DNA of 64,000 bases from Eledone cirrhosa (taxonomy: Eukaryota): the NCBI GenBank assembly GCA_964016885.1, contig OZ024742.1, forward strand, positions 291,586,001-291,650,000, in the 5' to 3' direction. A program made the translations under genes and the position numbers. Of the stretch, positions 10,752-24,861 are shown piece after piece. The notes beneath the pieces were generated by a model. The model ran no database searches. It had not been told where the DNA came from and saw nothing but the letters and a program-made list of their open reading frames with translations. Numbering within the stretch: position 1 is the stretch's first letter; each line of letters opens with the position of its first letter.

Positions 10752-13650
10752 TCACCTCATGCTGCCGGACGAAAGGGCAAGGCCCCACCCTCTCTTTTGT
10801 GGCCGCGGATGGCCAACATAACCCTAACCCCATCCACCTCACCCCTCCCTGCACCCCACCCACCAAACGCAATCCAAAACTTCAGAGTTGGTACCATGAA
10901 TGTAGGGACCTTATAAGGCCGCTCTAACGAGGTTGTAGAAATGCTTGAACGTAAGGAGGTTGATGTCTGCTGTATCCAAGAGACCAGGTGGAGGGGCGGG
11001 TCTGCTAGATTCATTGTGGGTAAAAAACGATGCTATAAGCTTTTCTGGGTGGGGAAGGAATCATGTTAGCAGAAAAATGGGTGGATAAGATAATAGACGT
11101 AAATAGAGTAAACGACAGAATAATTAAAATAAGACTTGTTCTAAATAGAACTGCTGTGACGATAATATCTGCGTACGCGCCCCAATCTGGACTGCCTGGC
11201 GCTATAAAAGACACTTTCTATGAGACACTGATGCTCACTACCTCCCAAATAACCGACAGTGACTATATAATTATTGCTGGCGACCTAAATGGTCACGTTG
11301 GACAACATTGTGACGGCTATGATGGAATCCACGGAGGCTATGGGTTTGGTACTAGAAATGAGGAAGGCTCCAGAATCCTGGAATTCTGTGACGCAAATAA
11401 CCTAACAATCTGTAACATTAACTTCAAAAAACGAGACAATCACCTGATCACCTACAGATGAACATACCAGCCAGGTAGATTATATCCTTACCAGAAGACG
11501 TGACAGAGTGTCTGTTGTAAACACTAAATCCCTCCCGCATGAAGAATGCACCTCCCACCATAGACTGATAATTAGCGACCTCATAGTCAGGACGAGACGT
11601 ACCCGACAGCAGAAGAGGACTATCCTCAGGAGAAAAATATGGAAGCTAAAGGACCCCACAGCCAGAAATAAATTTCAAAGCATATTAGTTGATGCTTTCG
11701 ACAGTAAGACAGAGCATTTAGAGTCGTACAATATAGAGGAACAGTGGGAATTCCTGAAAGCAAACCTGCTGATGGCGGCAGACGAAGTCTGTGGCTGGAG
11801 CAGGCCTATAGGCAGGAGGAACAGTAAGGTGGAGGAGTCAATTAAGGCCAAAAAGCAGGCTTGGAAAGTATGGCGGGATGGGGGAAGTAGAGAAGACTAT
11901 CAAGTGGCCAGGAGGGAGGCTAGGAGACAAGTGTACTTCGCAAGAAGGGAAGCAGAGGAAAGAAAGTTCAAGCATGTTCTACAACGCGAGGACCAAAAAC
12001 GTGAGGTGTTCAGGATTGCTAGGCAATGTGTCAAGGAAAACCGTGATATTGTCGGGGAGAAGTGTGTACTTAATGGTGATGGCGTACTTACCATCACTGA
12101 CGCTGATAAGAAGGTAGCTTGGAAGTGTCACTACGAAAGGCTACTAAATGAGGAGAATAAATGGGAGAAAGACGGTCTCTCCCACATCGACCCAATAGAG
12201 GGACCAGCAGTGTTAGTCCAAGGTAGTATAATAAGTAAGGCAATCAAAGATATGAAGACAGGTAAGGCGGCTGGGCCTTCGGAAATAGTTGCTGAGATGC
12301 TGAAAGCCTCTGGAACGGTGGGACACACCATGGTCACCCGGATAGTAAACCAAGTCATACAGAAGGGTTGTTCCGAAGGACTGGCGCAGCAGCATCATCA
12401 TTAACTGTTACAAGGGTAAAGGAGATGCCCTAGATAGGAGTAACTATAGAGGCATTAAATTAATCGACCAGGTCATGAAGGTCACAGAAAAAGTAATAGC
12501 GCAACTAATCAGAGAGAGAATTGATCTAGATGAAATGCAGTTCGGGTTTGTGTCAGGCAAAAGTACCACAGACGCTCATTTCATTGTACGACAACTACAG
12601 GAGAAGTACCTAGCTAAAAGTAAACCCCTATACTTAGCTTTTGTCGACTTGGAGAAAGCCTTCGACACGGTCCCCCGTTCCATTATCTGGTGGGCTCTTA
12701 GAAAACTAGGTGTTGACGAATGGCTTGTGAGAGCTATACAAGCCATGTATAAAGAAACAGTCAGCAAGGTTAGAATTAACAACGAATATAGTGAAGAGTT
12801 TAGCGTAAAAGTTGGTGTTCATCAGGGCTCCGTTCTTAACCCTTCAGGCTATAACAGTGGATTTCAAGACTGGCTGCCCATGGGAACTCCTATACGCAGA
12901 TGATCTAACGCTCATAGCTGAATCAATGGCTGAACTAGAGAAGAAATTCCAAACATGGAAGCACGGCCTAGAATCAAAAGGCCTTAAAATTAACCTGGCT
13001 AAGACTAAAGTTCTAGTTTGTAGGAAAGAAAATAAGCCGCCGGTCCCTTCCGGGAAATGGCCATGCTCAGTGTGTAGGAAAGGCGTAGGTAGAAACTCCA
13101 TTTTATGTCCCGAATGCAAAGTATGGGTGCATAAAAGATGTAGCGGGATTACAGGTAAGCAAACTAAGAAAATAGATTTTACATGTGGCCGGTGCTCTGG
13201 TGCAATAAGTAGCAGCAAGTGCCCACAAAATACTAGCTCTTTCAATTGCGCAGAGGGTTCTATAGAAATAGTGGACAGCTTCCGTTACCTGGGTGACAAA
13301 ATTAGCAGTGGGGGAGGGTGCTCTGAAAGTACAGTAGCTAGAGTCAGAACTGGATGGAAAAAGTTCAGAGAGCTTATACCACTATTAGCCGCTAAAGGGT
13401 TCTCCCTAAAAATGAAAGGCAGGCTATATGATGCCTGCATACGAAAAGCAATGTTGCATGGCAGTGAGACCTGGGCATTGTGTGCAGAGAATATACGCAG
13501 ACTAGAGAGGAACGAAGCTTGCATGCTCCGCTAGATGTGTAATAGTAATATACGCGAACGGCAAAGCATAACCGAACTCAGGCAAAAATTAGAAATAAGA
13601 GGGATCAGATGTTGTTTAGTCGAGAGAAGGCTACGTTGGTATGGTCACGT
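10752..13650 (+). pseudogene. Near full-length RTE LINE ORF (AP endonuclease - RT with embedded PHD finger), disrupted and 3'-truncated
   Basis: APE motifs VGTMNVGTL, CCIQET, ISAYAPQ, IIAGDLNGHVG. RT motifs QFGF, LAFVDLEKAFD, GVHQGS, LLYADD, FRYLG. Several stops and frameshifts. Confidence 0.93.
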
Positions 13651-13899
13651 GGTTTTGTCTTTGCGCGTAATTGTTTTTCACCGCTCCTATTAATGACGTA
13701 TTATTCGTTTTTTCCCGTTCTTTGCCAGCGAACGTTACCACGAACCAAAGTATCGTCTTCCTGTCTTCCTCCGGTTGCAACGTTTTTTGAAATATCCAGT
13801 TCTGCGTTTACAGATTGACTTTGTTAGTTTCAGAAGATCCCGTTAAGGGTGAAAGCAGCGATTCTTTGCTTAAACTTTAATCTGTTATTTTAATAAATA
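13646..13899 (+). mobile_element. PLE-like pLTR fragment fused to the RTE end, with variant hammerhead at 13826-13876
   Basis: Reverse complement of 6272-6525. Fold agttt-CAGAAGA-tccc-gttaa-gggt-GAAA-gca...tgc-TT-aaact. Ends aataaa-(TA)n. Confidence 0.65.
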
Positions 13900-13974
13900 T
13901 ATCATATATATATATATATATATCATATATATATATATATATCATATATATATATATATATCATATATATATAT

Positions 13975-14009
<35 letters not shown>

Positions 14010-14664
14010 TATATATATATATATTTATATATCATATATATATATATATTTATATATTATATATATATATCATATATATATATCATATATATATATATAT
14101 CATATATATATATATATCACATATATATATATATCATATATATATATATATATATCATATATATATATATATATCATATATATATATATATATCATATAT
14201 ATATATATATATCATATATATATATATATCATATATATCATATATATATATATATATATCATATATATATATCATATATATATATATATCATATATATAT
14301 ATATATATCGTATATATATATCATATATATATATATATATATCATATATATATATATATATATCATATATATATATCATATATATATATATATATATATA
14401 TATCATATATATATATATCACATATATATATATATATCACGTATATATATATATATCGTATATATATATATATATCATATATATATATATATATCATATA
14501 TATATATATATCATATATATATATATCATATATATATATATATATCATATATATATATATATATATCATATATATATATATCATATATATATATATATAT
14601 ATCATATATATATATATCATATATATATATATATCATATATATATATATATCATATATATATAT

Positions 14665-14727
<63 letters not shown>

Positions 14728-14757
14728 CATATATATATATATATTTATATATCATAT

Positions 14758-16360
14758 ATCATCATCATCATCATCACCGTTTTACGGCCGTTCTTCCACG
14801 CTAGCATGGGTTAGACGGGTTGTCCTGTTGTGGGTAGTGTCTGGTCGGCTGACCATGCCTTGCTCATACAGGAACTGATTTGGCTTGATTTCTACAGCTG
14901 GATGCCCTTCCTAACACCAACCTCATTCACAGTGAGTGCTGGGTGCTTTTTCGTGGCGCCTACACGTCCACTTTACAGTGTGGGCTGGGTGCTTTTTTGC
15001 CGTGGCACCTCCACGACCACCTTGCGGTGGGGGGAGGGGCATATTGTCTATATGCTTCAGCTTGTACCCATGGGAGGTCGGGTACTCTGTATTACTGCGT
15101 GACGCCAGAGGTCACGGTCGTGTGTCATTGCCTTTGAGAGGTGTAATTGGGTATGGTCGGCTTTCATCACCTCATCCCAGGTCATCTTGGTTCTCCCCAC
15201 TCCGCGGTTTCCATCAACTTCTAGTGCTCTGCACCTTTTTATGCAGCTGTCATCCTTCATACGCATCACATGTCCATACCAGCGCAACCGCCTCTCCTGC
15301 ACACAGCATTTGATTCCTCTTATGCTCAGTCTCTCTCTCAATTAATTTATGCTTTGTCGTTCACGTATATTACTGTTACATATCCATCGGAGCATGCAGG
15401 CTTCGTTTCTCTCTAATCTACGTAAGTCTTCCACCTTCAGCGCCCAGGTCTCACTACCATGCAACATCGCTGTTCGGATACACGCATCATACAGTCTGCC
15501 TTTCATTCTGAGGGAGAAGCCTTTTGCAGCTAGCAGTGGTAGTAGTTCCCTAAACTTCTTCCATCCCGTTCTTACCCTAGTTATTGTACTTTCTGAACAC
15601 CCACCCCCGCTGCTAATTCGGTCACCTAGGTAGCAGAAGCTGTCTACTGTTTCTACAGAGCCCTCCCAGAGATTGGTGGTACTTGTTTCCTGTGGCTGTT
15701 TGCTGCTTGCTGTCTCAGCACAGCTGCTGCATGTGAATCCTACATTCTTAATTAAGCTTCCTGAGATCCCGCTACATCTCTTGTGTACCCATTGTTTGCA
15801 TTTGGGGCAGAGAATGGAGTTCCTACCTACACCTTTCCTACATATTGAGCAAGGTCGACAAGGTCGACAAATGCCAGGTACAGTGGCTTACTTTTAGCTA
15901 GGTACTTTTCCTGTAACTGCCTAACAAGGAAGAGGGCATCAGTGGTGCCTCTTCCTGGTACAAACCTAAATTGCATCTCATCTATTTTCACCCGGTCCCT
16001 AATCAGCTGTGCTATAACTCTTTGTTACTTTCATGACCTGGTCCATCAACTTTATACCTCTATAGTTTCCTCTATCTAGTGCATCACCTTTACCTTTGTA
16101 GCAGTTGACAATGATGCTACTGCACCAATCTTTTAGTATGGCACCTTCTTGTATTACCTGGTTAACGATACGTGTGGTTATAGTGTGTCCTACAGACCTA
16201 GATGCATTCAGCGTCTCGGCAGCTATACCCGATGGACCAGTTGCCTTCCCCATCTTCATATCTTTGATTGCCTTACTTACTACGCTGCTGCTGACTTGTA
16301 CTGCTGGTCCCTCTATAGGGTCTACTTGGGGTAGGGTCTCTTCTTCCTATGTTAGTAATC
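14758..16360 (-). mobile_element. 5'-truncated RTE LINE (second subfamily) with internal deletion of the RT core
   Basis: KGKGDALDRGNYRGIKL, LYLAFVDL joined directly to PCSICRKGVG, RLRWYGHVMR, 3'UTR and (GAT)n tail. Confidence 0.9.
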
Positions 16361-16373
16361 TATCATATATATA

Positions 16374-16412
<39 letters not shown>

Positions 16413-17155
16413 ATAAATACATAACAGGTAATCTTATAAAACTTATATAAAAAAAATTTTGTTTAACAACATAACAGCGTGTATAACATAAAATTTCCTT
16501 TAATATCTTAACAACTATAACATTTTTAAGATTCCTATATCTTAAATTAAATTAAAGAATCATTTATGCTTTGTGTGTATATATTATATACGTAGTTAGA
16601 TATGTTATGTATTTTATTAGTGTGTATATATATGTATATATATTTTTGCGTGTGTATACGTGTTATATGATATGTAGTTCTCTAGTAATATATGGATTTC
16701 TTAATGTATAGATCCCAATTTTTAATATATTGATCTCAATTTTTAACTAAACATCTAATCATATTTAAACAATGCTTAATTTCTCATATTATATATGTAT
16801 ATTCCATTCATGATTATTAACATTTCTAATTTTATTTATTCATTTCATCTCAATTGTTAAGTTAACTCAACAAGATATGACTTAGAGTTTTTCGTTCTCT
16901 CCCCTTCTCTCTGTCTCCTCTCTCTCTATATATCTTTCTCTCTCTGTTGTTTTGGTGTCTCTCTCTCTCTCTTTTTCTCACTCTCCTTCTTTATCTTTTT
17001 CTTTCTCTGTAACCCAACGGCTTATTTTTAAAATAAAAATATCCAATACTAATAATAATATAATTAAATAACTCCACTATCCGGGTGCTTCCAACAGTAA
17101 TGGTTGCATTTTTTAAGGGTATGTCAATATTTATTTATAAAACTGATCTATATTA

Positions 17156-17220
17156 TATTTTGTCTGATGAAAGCACACCATAATTTAACTTGGTGTCCTT
17201 GAAATATGTATAATGAAATA
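17156..17220 (+). ncRNA. Type I hammerhead ribozyme in the PLE-1 5' pLTR
   Basis: tattttgt-CTGATGA-aagcacacca-(loop)-tggtgtcctt-GAAA-tatgta-TA-atgaaata. Confidence 0.88.
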
Positions 17221-17398
17221 AATATGGTTTTATAAATATAGTTTCCATTTGTTAATATCGTATTTTTACTCAAAATATTTGTTGAATTCTTTATATCAGT
17301 TATAAAAATATTTGCTTGTTGTATCCCAACAATTTAAATAGAACTTTTACATATATCCTGCTCCTGTATTGTCGAGCGCTTTATATTATAACTGAAAA

Positions 17399-19613
17399 AT
17401 GGAATTCTTTAAGATCTCTTCTTCTCTAAAAGACATACCTTTACCTAGGAATAAAGATTTTATTAAACAATTATTTGAAAAATCAGACTCTTTTATAAGA
17501 AGAATCAGGTGGCCTGCTTTCCACTTCAATAAATCTAATCTAAATGAAAATGTCTCCAATCTGGATAAAATCTTCAAATCTAAAAAATCCCCCCCCCCTC
17601 CCCCCAACAAACTACTAATGGATTTTGAAAATGATATCATATCTATCATCCAAAGCATCAAATTCAAAAACAACTTCAAAGGCCAGAAGAAATATTAAAA
17701 ATAATATTGAAAACTTGGAGAAAACGGAGAAAATTCTAGTCAGTGTGACAAAACCAATAATCTTTACGGAATACAAAAGGACATTTATAACGATCTTATA
17801 TTAAAGGAATTAAGGAAGAAATACAAAGTAGCAAATAAAGACGACCTTGAAAAATTGAATACAGATGCCTCTTGTATAATGCATGAACTAGGCATTGAAA
17901 ATAGGACACAACCCTTCATGCCAAGGAAACCTAAGATTAATATGAAGGATCATAAACGGAACTTCGAAACTGATTTACCAGTCAGATTAATTGCACCATC
18001 TAAATCTGACCTTGGCAGACTTAGCAAAAGTATTCTGGACAGAATAATACCACAAATTAAGAATTTATCTAATTTATCTTATTTAAAATTATGGAAAGGA
18101 ACTGGTGAAGTTATCGATTGGTTTAAAAAAATTAAATATAACTATAATAATAATTTTATTCAGTTGGATATTGCTAACTATTACTCATCTATCACTCCTA
18201 ATCTACTGAATAAGGCACTAACTTACGCATTTAAACATACAGACATAACTAGCAATGAAATGCACATTATATTATCAGCACGGAAAATATTAATAGAATT
18301 TAATAACCAACTCTGGACTAGGGCAGATAGAAATAATAATTTCGACATAACTATGGGATCATCCGATTCCACTCAGGTAACGGATCTTGTGGGCCTATTT
18401 ATAATTAATTCTCTACATAGAAAAATACCTGAGATAACCGGAGGTTTATATCGTGACAACATGCTTTTACTTATAGAAAATAATAACTGTGAACTAAATA
18501 GAAAAAGAAAACAAATTATACAATTTTTTAATTACCTTAATCTAAAAGTAGAAATAGTCAATTTTCTAGATGTAACACTAAATCTTAACACGTCTTCATT
18601 ATCCATTTCACAAACTAAATGAGAACTTAAATTACGTCAATTTTAACTCTAATCACCCCAGATCCGTTAAAAATACTATAGTGAACTCTGTACAAGAACG
18701 AATTTCGAGAATTTCAGCTAATAAGAATATATTTGATGAAAAAGCACATTATTACAACGAAGCGTTAGGTAGAGCTGGGTATAGAAATAAAATTAAATAC
18801 ATCGATAATAATAATAATATAACAACTAGCCATAATCGTAACAATTTTAACAACTATAATAGAAAACCTTACATTAATTCTGAAAGCCGAAAAAGAAATA
18901 GAACTAGGAATATATTATGGTTCACTCCTCCTTTCTCATTAAATATTAAAACCCCTATTGCTAAACTATTTTTTAAAGCTCTTGACAAATGCTTCCCTAG
19001 AACACATAGATATTACTCAATTTTTAATAGACATACTATAAAATTAACTTATTCTTCCACCAAAAATTTAGCGCAAAATATTAATAGAATTAATAATAGA
19101 AATTTAAAACCTAACCAAAATACCAATAATAACCCAAGCAATATTCAATCTGATAAATGTAACTGTAGAAATAAATCTAACTGTCCATTAAATAACAATT
19201 GCTTAGCTAAAAATGTAGTATATAATTGTAATGTAAAAACTAATTTAAATTCATTTAATTATGTGAGATCTACTTCCACAGAGTTTAAATCCCGCTTCAA
19301 TAATCATAAAAATTATTTTACAGATCCAAACAAAAAATCTTCAACTTCTCTATCTAGCCTATTATGGGACCTAAAACTAAAGAACGTTGAATATTCGTTG
19401 ATTTGGAATATTATTTCAAAAGCTACTCCTTTTAACTCCTCTTCAGAAAATTACGATCTTTGTATAGAGGAAATATTCTTTATATTAAAGACCAAAAATT
19501 CCCTGAACTTAAGGAATAATTTATTCAGTTGCTGCAGACATAGATTAAACTCAACGTTTAAATATAAATTTAAAATGTATATAATTAATTTATTAATTTT
19601 ATTAATATATTGA
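17399..19613 (+). pseudogene. PLE-1 RT + GIY-YIG endonuclease ORF, frameshifted
   Basis: PVRLIAP, FIQLDIANYYSSI, TMGSSDS, GGLYRDN (catalytic DD changed to DN), NFLDVTL, SNHP, CNCRNKSNCPLNNNC, VVY..YVRST..FKSRFNNH, DLCIEE, CCRH. Confidence 0.9.
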
Positions 19614-21106
19614 ACCTGTCGATAAATCATTAGATTCCTTCATCTTTTTTTACTGATTATACACTCAAGTAAAAATAACTTTTCTTCCTAAATATAAATA
19701 TAATAAACTATTCTAGAGAAATATATTGAGAGCTCTTGAAAGAGAAAATATTTCTTATTTCTTATTTTTTTATTGTTCTGATAGCTTCTCCGATTTTCGA
19801 AAGTTTATCCTTTCAAAATTTTGAGTTAAATATACGTAAGATAAATTTCTATACTAAATCTATTAAACATACTATTATTTTGAAATTATAACTTAAAATA
19901 TTCTATAATATTTTAAAATTGTATTGTTTTTAAAGTTATATGGCTTATAATTATATTTCCAAATTGTAATATAATTCTTTTGTATTTTATGTACTCAATT
20001 ATACTATGTACTGTATTTATATATACATCTCTCTATATGTATTTATGTATTTATATATACTTCTCTCTATATGTGAGTATATATGTATATGTGTGTATTG
20101 ACATACATGTACATATGTTTTATGCGTTTTTATGAATGTATGTCTGTATGTATGTATGTATGTATGTATATGTATGCGTGATGCGTATCTACCTATTGGC
20201 TGAGGGTACACACACATGTATATATATGTATATGTGAGAATTGTGTATATGCGTGTGCGTGTATATCCATACAATTTGATTGCACTTATGTATAGTGATT
20301 ATCCCAAGATTCAGCCATAAATACATAACAGGTAATCTTATAAAACTTATATAAAAATAAATTTGTTTAATAACATAGTGTATAACATAAAATTTCCTTT
20401 AATATCTTAACAATTATAACATTTTTAAGATTCCTATATCTTAAATTAAATTAAAGAATCATTTATGCTTTGTGTGTATATATTATATACGTAGTTAGAT
20501 ATGTTATGTATTTTATAAGTGTGTATATATATTTATATGTATTTTTGCGTGTGTATACGTGTTATATGATATGTAGTTCTCTAGTAATATATGGATTTCT
20601 TAATGTATAGATCCCAATTTTTAATATATTGATCTCAATTTTTAAATGATTAACTAAACATCTCATCATATTTAAACAATGCTTAATTTCTCATATTATA
20701 TATGTATATTCCATTCATGATTATTAACATTTCTAATTTTATTTATTCATTTCATCTCAATTGTTAAGTTAACTCAACAAGATATGACTTAGAGTTTTTC
20801 GTTCTCTCCCCTTCGCTCTGTCTCCTCTCTCTCTATATATCTTTCTCTCTCTGTTGTTTTGGTCTCTCTCTCTCTCTCTTTTCTCTCTCTCTCTCTGTTG
20901 TTTTGGTGTCTCTCTCTCTCTCTTTTTCTCACTCTCCTTCTTTATCTTTTTCTTTCTCTGTAACCCAACGGCTTATTTTTAAAATAAAAATATCCAATAC
21001 TAATAATAATATAATTAAATAACTCCACTATCCGGGTGCTTCCAACAGTAATGGTTGCATTTTTTAAGGGTATGTCAATATTTATTTATAAAACTGATCT
21101 ATATTA

Positions 21107-21171
21107 TATTTTGTCTGATGAAAGCACACCATAATTTAACTTGGTGTCCTTGAAATATGTATAATGAAATA
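21107..21171 (+). ncRNA. Type I hammerhead ribozyme in the PLE-1 3' pLTR
   Basis: Identical to 17156-17220. Confidence 0.88.
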
Positions 21172-21450
21172 AATATGGTTTTATAAATATAGTTTCCATT
21201 TGTTAATATCGTATGATATATATATATATATATATATGATATATATATATATATATATGATATATATATATATATATGATATATATATGATATATATATG
21301 ATATATATGATATATATATGATATATATATATATATGATATATATATATATGATATATATGATATATATATATATATATGATATATATATATATATATAT
21401 GAAATATATGATATATATATATATGTGATATATAGATATATATATATATA

Positions 21451-21742
21451 TCATCATCATCATTTCATTTTACGTCCACTTTTCCCTGCTTGCAAGGGTG
21501 GGACAGGAATTGATGCTGGCTAGATTTCTACAGCTGGATGCCCTTCCTAACACCAACCTCATTTGCAGTGGAATGATAGGGATCCCAGTCCCTATCATCT
21601 CATTTCTACAGCTGAGTAAACTGAAGCAATGTGAAATAAAGTGTCTTGCTCAAGGAAACAACACATCACCCGGTCTGAGAATTGAACTCACAACCTTTCG
21701 ATTGCAAGGCCAATGCTCTAACCACTAAGCCATGTGCCTCCA
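21451..21742 (-). mobile_element. tRNA-derived SINE
   Basis: Same family as 4114-4461 with an internal deletion; catcat tail at left. Confidence 0.85.
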
Positions 21743-21766
21743 TATATATATGATATATATATATAT

Positions 21767-22090
21767 ATAAAAACAAATAACGAAACGAAATTAAATTTCG
21801 TTTGTTTGTAACTCACTTTTGTATGACTGACGCTTAAACAATTAAGTTAAAAATGTACATCTACATATGCATACTGAAATACTAGTGTGTATATGAATAC
21901 ACACACGTATACATATGTAGGTGTAACAAGTCTTTCACTGGTTGCTTTACTGTGAGCAACCCAGCTATTCTGTATGTAAACACACAGACAAACCGGTTTT
22001 TACAGTCATACTGGTTTTCGGGGGAACACCTTCCCTCTATTCTCCAGAAAGCCAGACAAGGAATATTGAACTAGTTTCGTTGTTGTTACA
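21767..22090 (-). mobile_element. Retrozyme family A partial copy, truncated within HHR stem II
   Basis: Reverse complement of ~7900-8223. Same 3' end (ttatttgtttt-tata) as the array ending at 8972. Confidence 0.85.
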
Positions 22091-22481
22091 TAGTAAAACC
22101 TACATAGTAAAACCTACTACAGTCAGTAGGCATCTCTAACAAAATACACCCCGTCCCACCACCCCCACCCAATCCACACCACCCCGTTCTATGTAAAGTT
22201 ATGTTGATGCCGCGCCATCCAGGCCGAAACAAATGAAATCGTGTAGGTGTCACGACAAAAAAACACACAGTCCACGCTGTAATGTGGCCGTGTAGGCAAC
22301 ACTGTAAAAACCTCCCAGACCCACACTGTAAATGTGGTTGGTGTTAGGAAGGGCATCCAACTGTAGAAAACCTGCCAGACAGTCCTATGCGAGCAAGACA
22401 ATCACTCTTGCCTCAAGTGGGAATACCCCCCGTCCAAACCCATGCAAGCGTGGAACACGGACGTTAAACGTTGATGATGAT
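22087..22481 (+). mobile_element. RTE 3'UTR fragment
   Basis: Matches 29370-29740 and the reverse complement of 4938-5330; (GAT)n tail. Confidence 0.85.
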
Positions 22482-22755
22482 ATAATATATATATATAATA
22501 TATATATATATATAATATATATATATATATATACATATAATATATATATACATATAATATATATATATATAATATATATAATATATAATATATATAATAT
22601 ATAATATATATAATATATAATATATATAATATATAATATATATAATATATATATATATCTATAATATATATATATATATAATATATATATACATATAATA
22701 TATATATACATATAATATATATATATATAATATATATATATATATAATATATATA

Positions 22756-23220
22756 TGCAAAAGTTTTATTTAAAATTGTTGGGTTACAACAAGTAAATAT
22801 TTTATAACCGATATAAAGCACTCGACATGTTTTTGGAGTAGATATACGATAGTAAACAAATGGAAACTATATTTATAAAACCATATTTATTTCATTATAC
22901 ATATTTCAGGGATACCATATTAAAAATATGGCATGCCTTCGTCAGATAAAATACAACATATAAACTGTTTTATAAATAATTTTGACGTACCATAAATATA
23001 AGCCACCATTAAGGTAGGAAGCTGGCTTGGTAGTGAGGTGTTTATAATTATTTAGTTATAGTGTTAAGCACAGTTAGAAAGAAAGACGGAGAGAAAGAAG
23101 AAATGTATGTAAAGAAAAACAGAGAAATAGAGACAAATAGGGGAGAGAGAAAGAAAAGAGGAGGTGAAAAAAGAGACGCAACCGAAGTTCACAGATGAAT
23201 AATAATAATTCACCATACAA
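22756..23220 (-). mobile_element. Solo Hydra-type pLTR with hammerhead (22888-22953)
   Basis: Reverse complement reads tattttat-CTGACGA-aggcatgccatatt...aatatggtatccct-GAAA-tatgta-TA-atgaaata. Homologous to the PLE-1/PLE-2 pLTRs. Confidence 0.8.
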
Positions 23221-23224
23221 ATAG

Positions 23225-24567
23225 AGAGATTTAACAGAGCTCTGGTTAGATACCATTAATAACAAAAAACAAATCCTCCATTCCCATTATGCCAAACCAA
23301 TGACTTCCAAACATCTGATCCACCGAAACTCGGCCGTTTCGGACCATACCAAAATCAACATACTGATTGCGGATTTGGTATGGGTGATGAGAAACGTGTC
23401 CCGCATGTGCAACCCCGAAGAACTAGAGAGACACATACAACACTTCATCCACCGTATGCAGTTCTCTGGCTACAATCAGAGAGATAAAATCAGAGTGTAT
23501 AGAGGAGCCAGAACCAAATGGGAAAAAATGGTAAATAATGACATAAATGGGACCTGCCCCTTGTATAGGAGCAAATTTTGGAATAGAATAGAAGGAACTA
23601 GGAACAAGGCTAATAGAATAAACTCATGGTATGATAGCAATAAATACCAGAGTGTAATGTTCATCGATACAACCCCTAGAGGTGAATTAGTTTACAAATT
23701 TAGAAGGGCCGTAAATAAACATAAACTCAATATTAAGATAGTAGAAAGACCAGGTACCTCCGTAAAAACACTTATTAGCAAGACATACCCTTTCAAAGAC
23801 CCTCATGTATAGATAAGAAATGTATAACCTGTAACATAAGCCCCATATTAACTGTAAAACTAGAAATGTAGTGTATAGCATAAGATGTACTGAAGGACAA
23901 TGTAGAGACAAAAAAAATATAGTGTACATAGGTGAGACAGCTCGTAGTGTAGGGGAACGGATAAATGAACACTGGCGAGACCTTCAAGATAGTAAAGAAT
24001 CATCTGTACTCTACCAACATGCTAAAACAGAACACAAGGGTAAATTAGAGAACATAGAAATAAAAATAGAATCTACACACAGAAAATAGAATCTACATAC
24101 AGAGGCAATAAACATAAAAGAATTACAACCAAAATTAAATAGAAAATATGAGTGGAACAGCAACATCACAACTTACAATTAAGGACAAAATGAAAACACA
24201 CACACACATAGAACAAACAGCCAACCAGTAACATGTAAATAAACAAATAAATAAATGAACATAAACACACACAGACACCCGGATGTGGCGCATGCGCAGA
24301 CTGAGCACATAACACACACACAGAAACAAAATGGCGTAGGACAGAACAAAGGAGAGGCACAGAAACAAAGAAAGGAATCCCCAGTCACTGAAGAGGTCAT
24401 GAAGTGTGTGACGAAAGAACTATGACAATATATAAACAACTATCTGGTTGTGGAACCAACCAACCAGAAATTTATAAATTTATAAATTTATTATAATACA
24501 ATTGAAGTGAAAGCAACTGGTGCGTGTGTTTCTTATTGGCAACATGACCCTCCCAAAGTATAACAAT
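23225..24567 (+). mobile_element. 5'-truncated Penelope-like element of a different clade (RT thumb, Cys/His linker, GIY-YIG)
   Basis: HYAKPM..SA..K..IL, MQFSGY, KIVERPG, CITC..CKTRNVVYSIRC..VYIGETARS..RINEH..SVLYQH..EH. HHR in the 3' region. Confidence 0.85.
24384..24426 (+). ncRNA. Type I hammerhead ribozyme
   Basis: gtca-CTGAAGA-g-gtcat...gtgac-GAAA-gaac-TA-tgac. Confidence 0.75.
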
Positions 24568-24829
24568 ATATATATATATATATATATGATATATATATAT
24601 ATATATATGATATATATATGATATATATATATATATATATATATGATATATATATGATATATATATATATATATATATGATATATATATATTATATATAT
24701 ATATGATATATATATTATATATATATATTATATATATATATATATATGATATATATATATATATATGATATATATATATTATATATGATATATATATATT
24801 ATATATATATATATATTATATATGATATA

Positions 24830-24861
<32 letters not shown>

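Larger units (their letters stand above)
16410..21213 (+). mobile_element. Penelope-like element PLE-1 (Hydra-clade-like) with direct pLTRs
   Basis: Direct repeats ~16410-17281 and ~20315-21213, each with an HHR, flank an RT+GIY-YIG ORF. Both ends lie in (TA)n. Confidence 0.92.
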
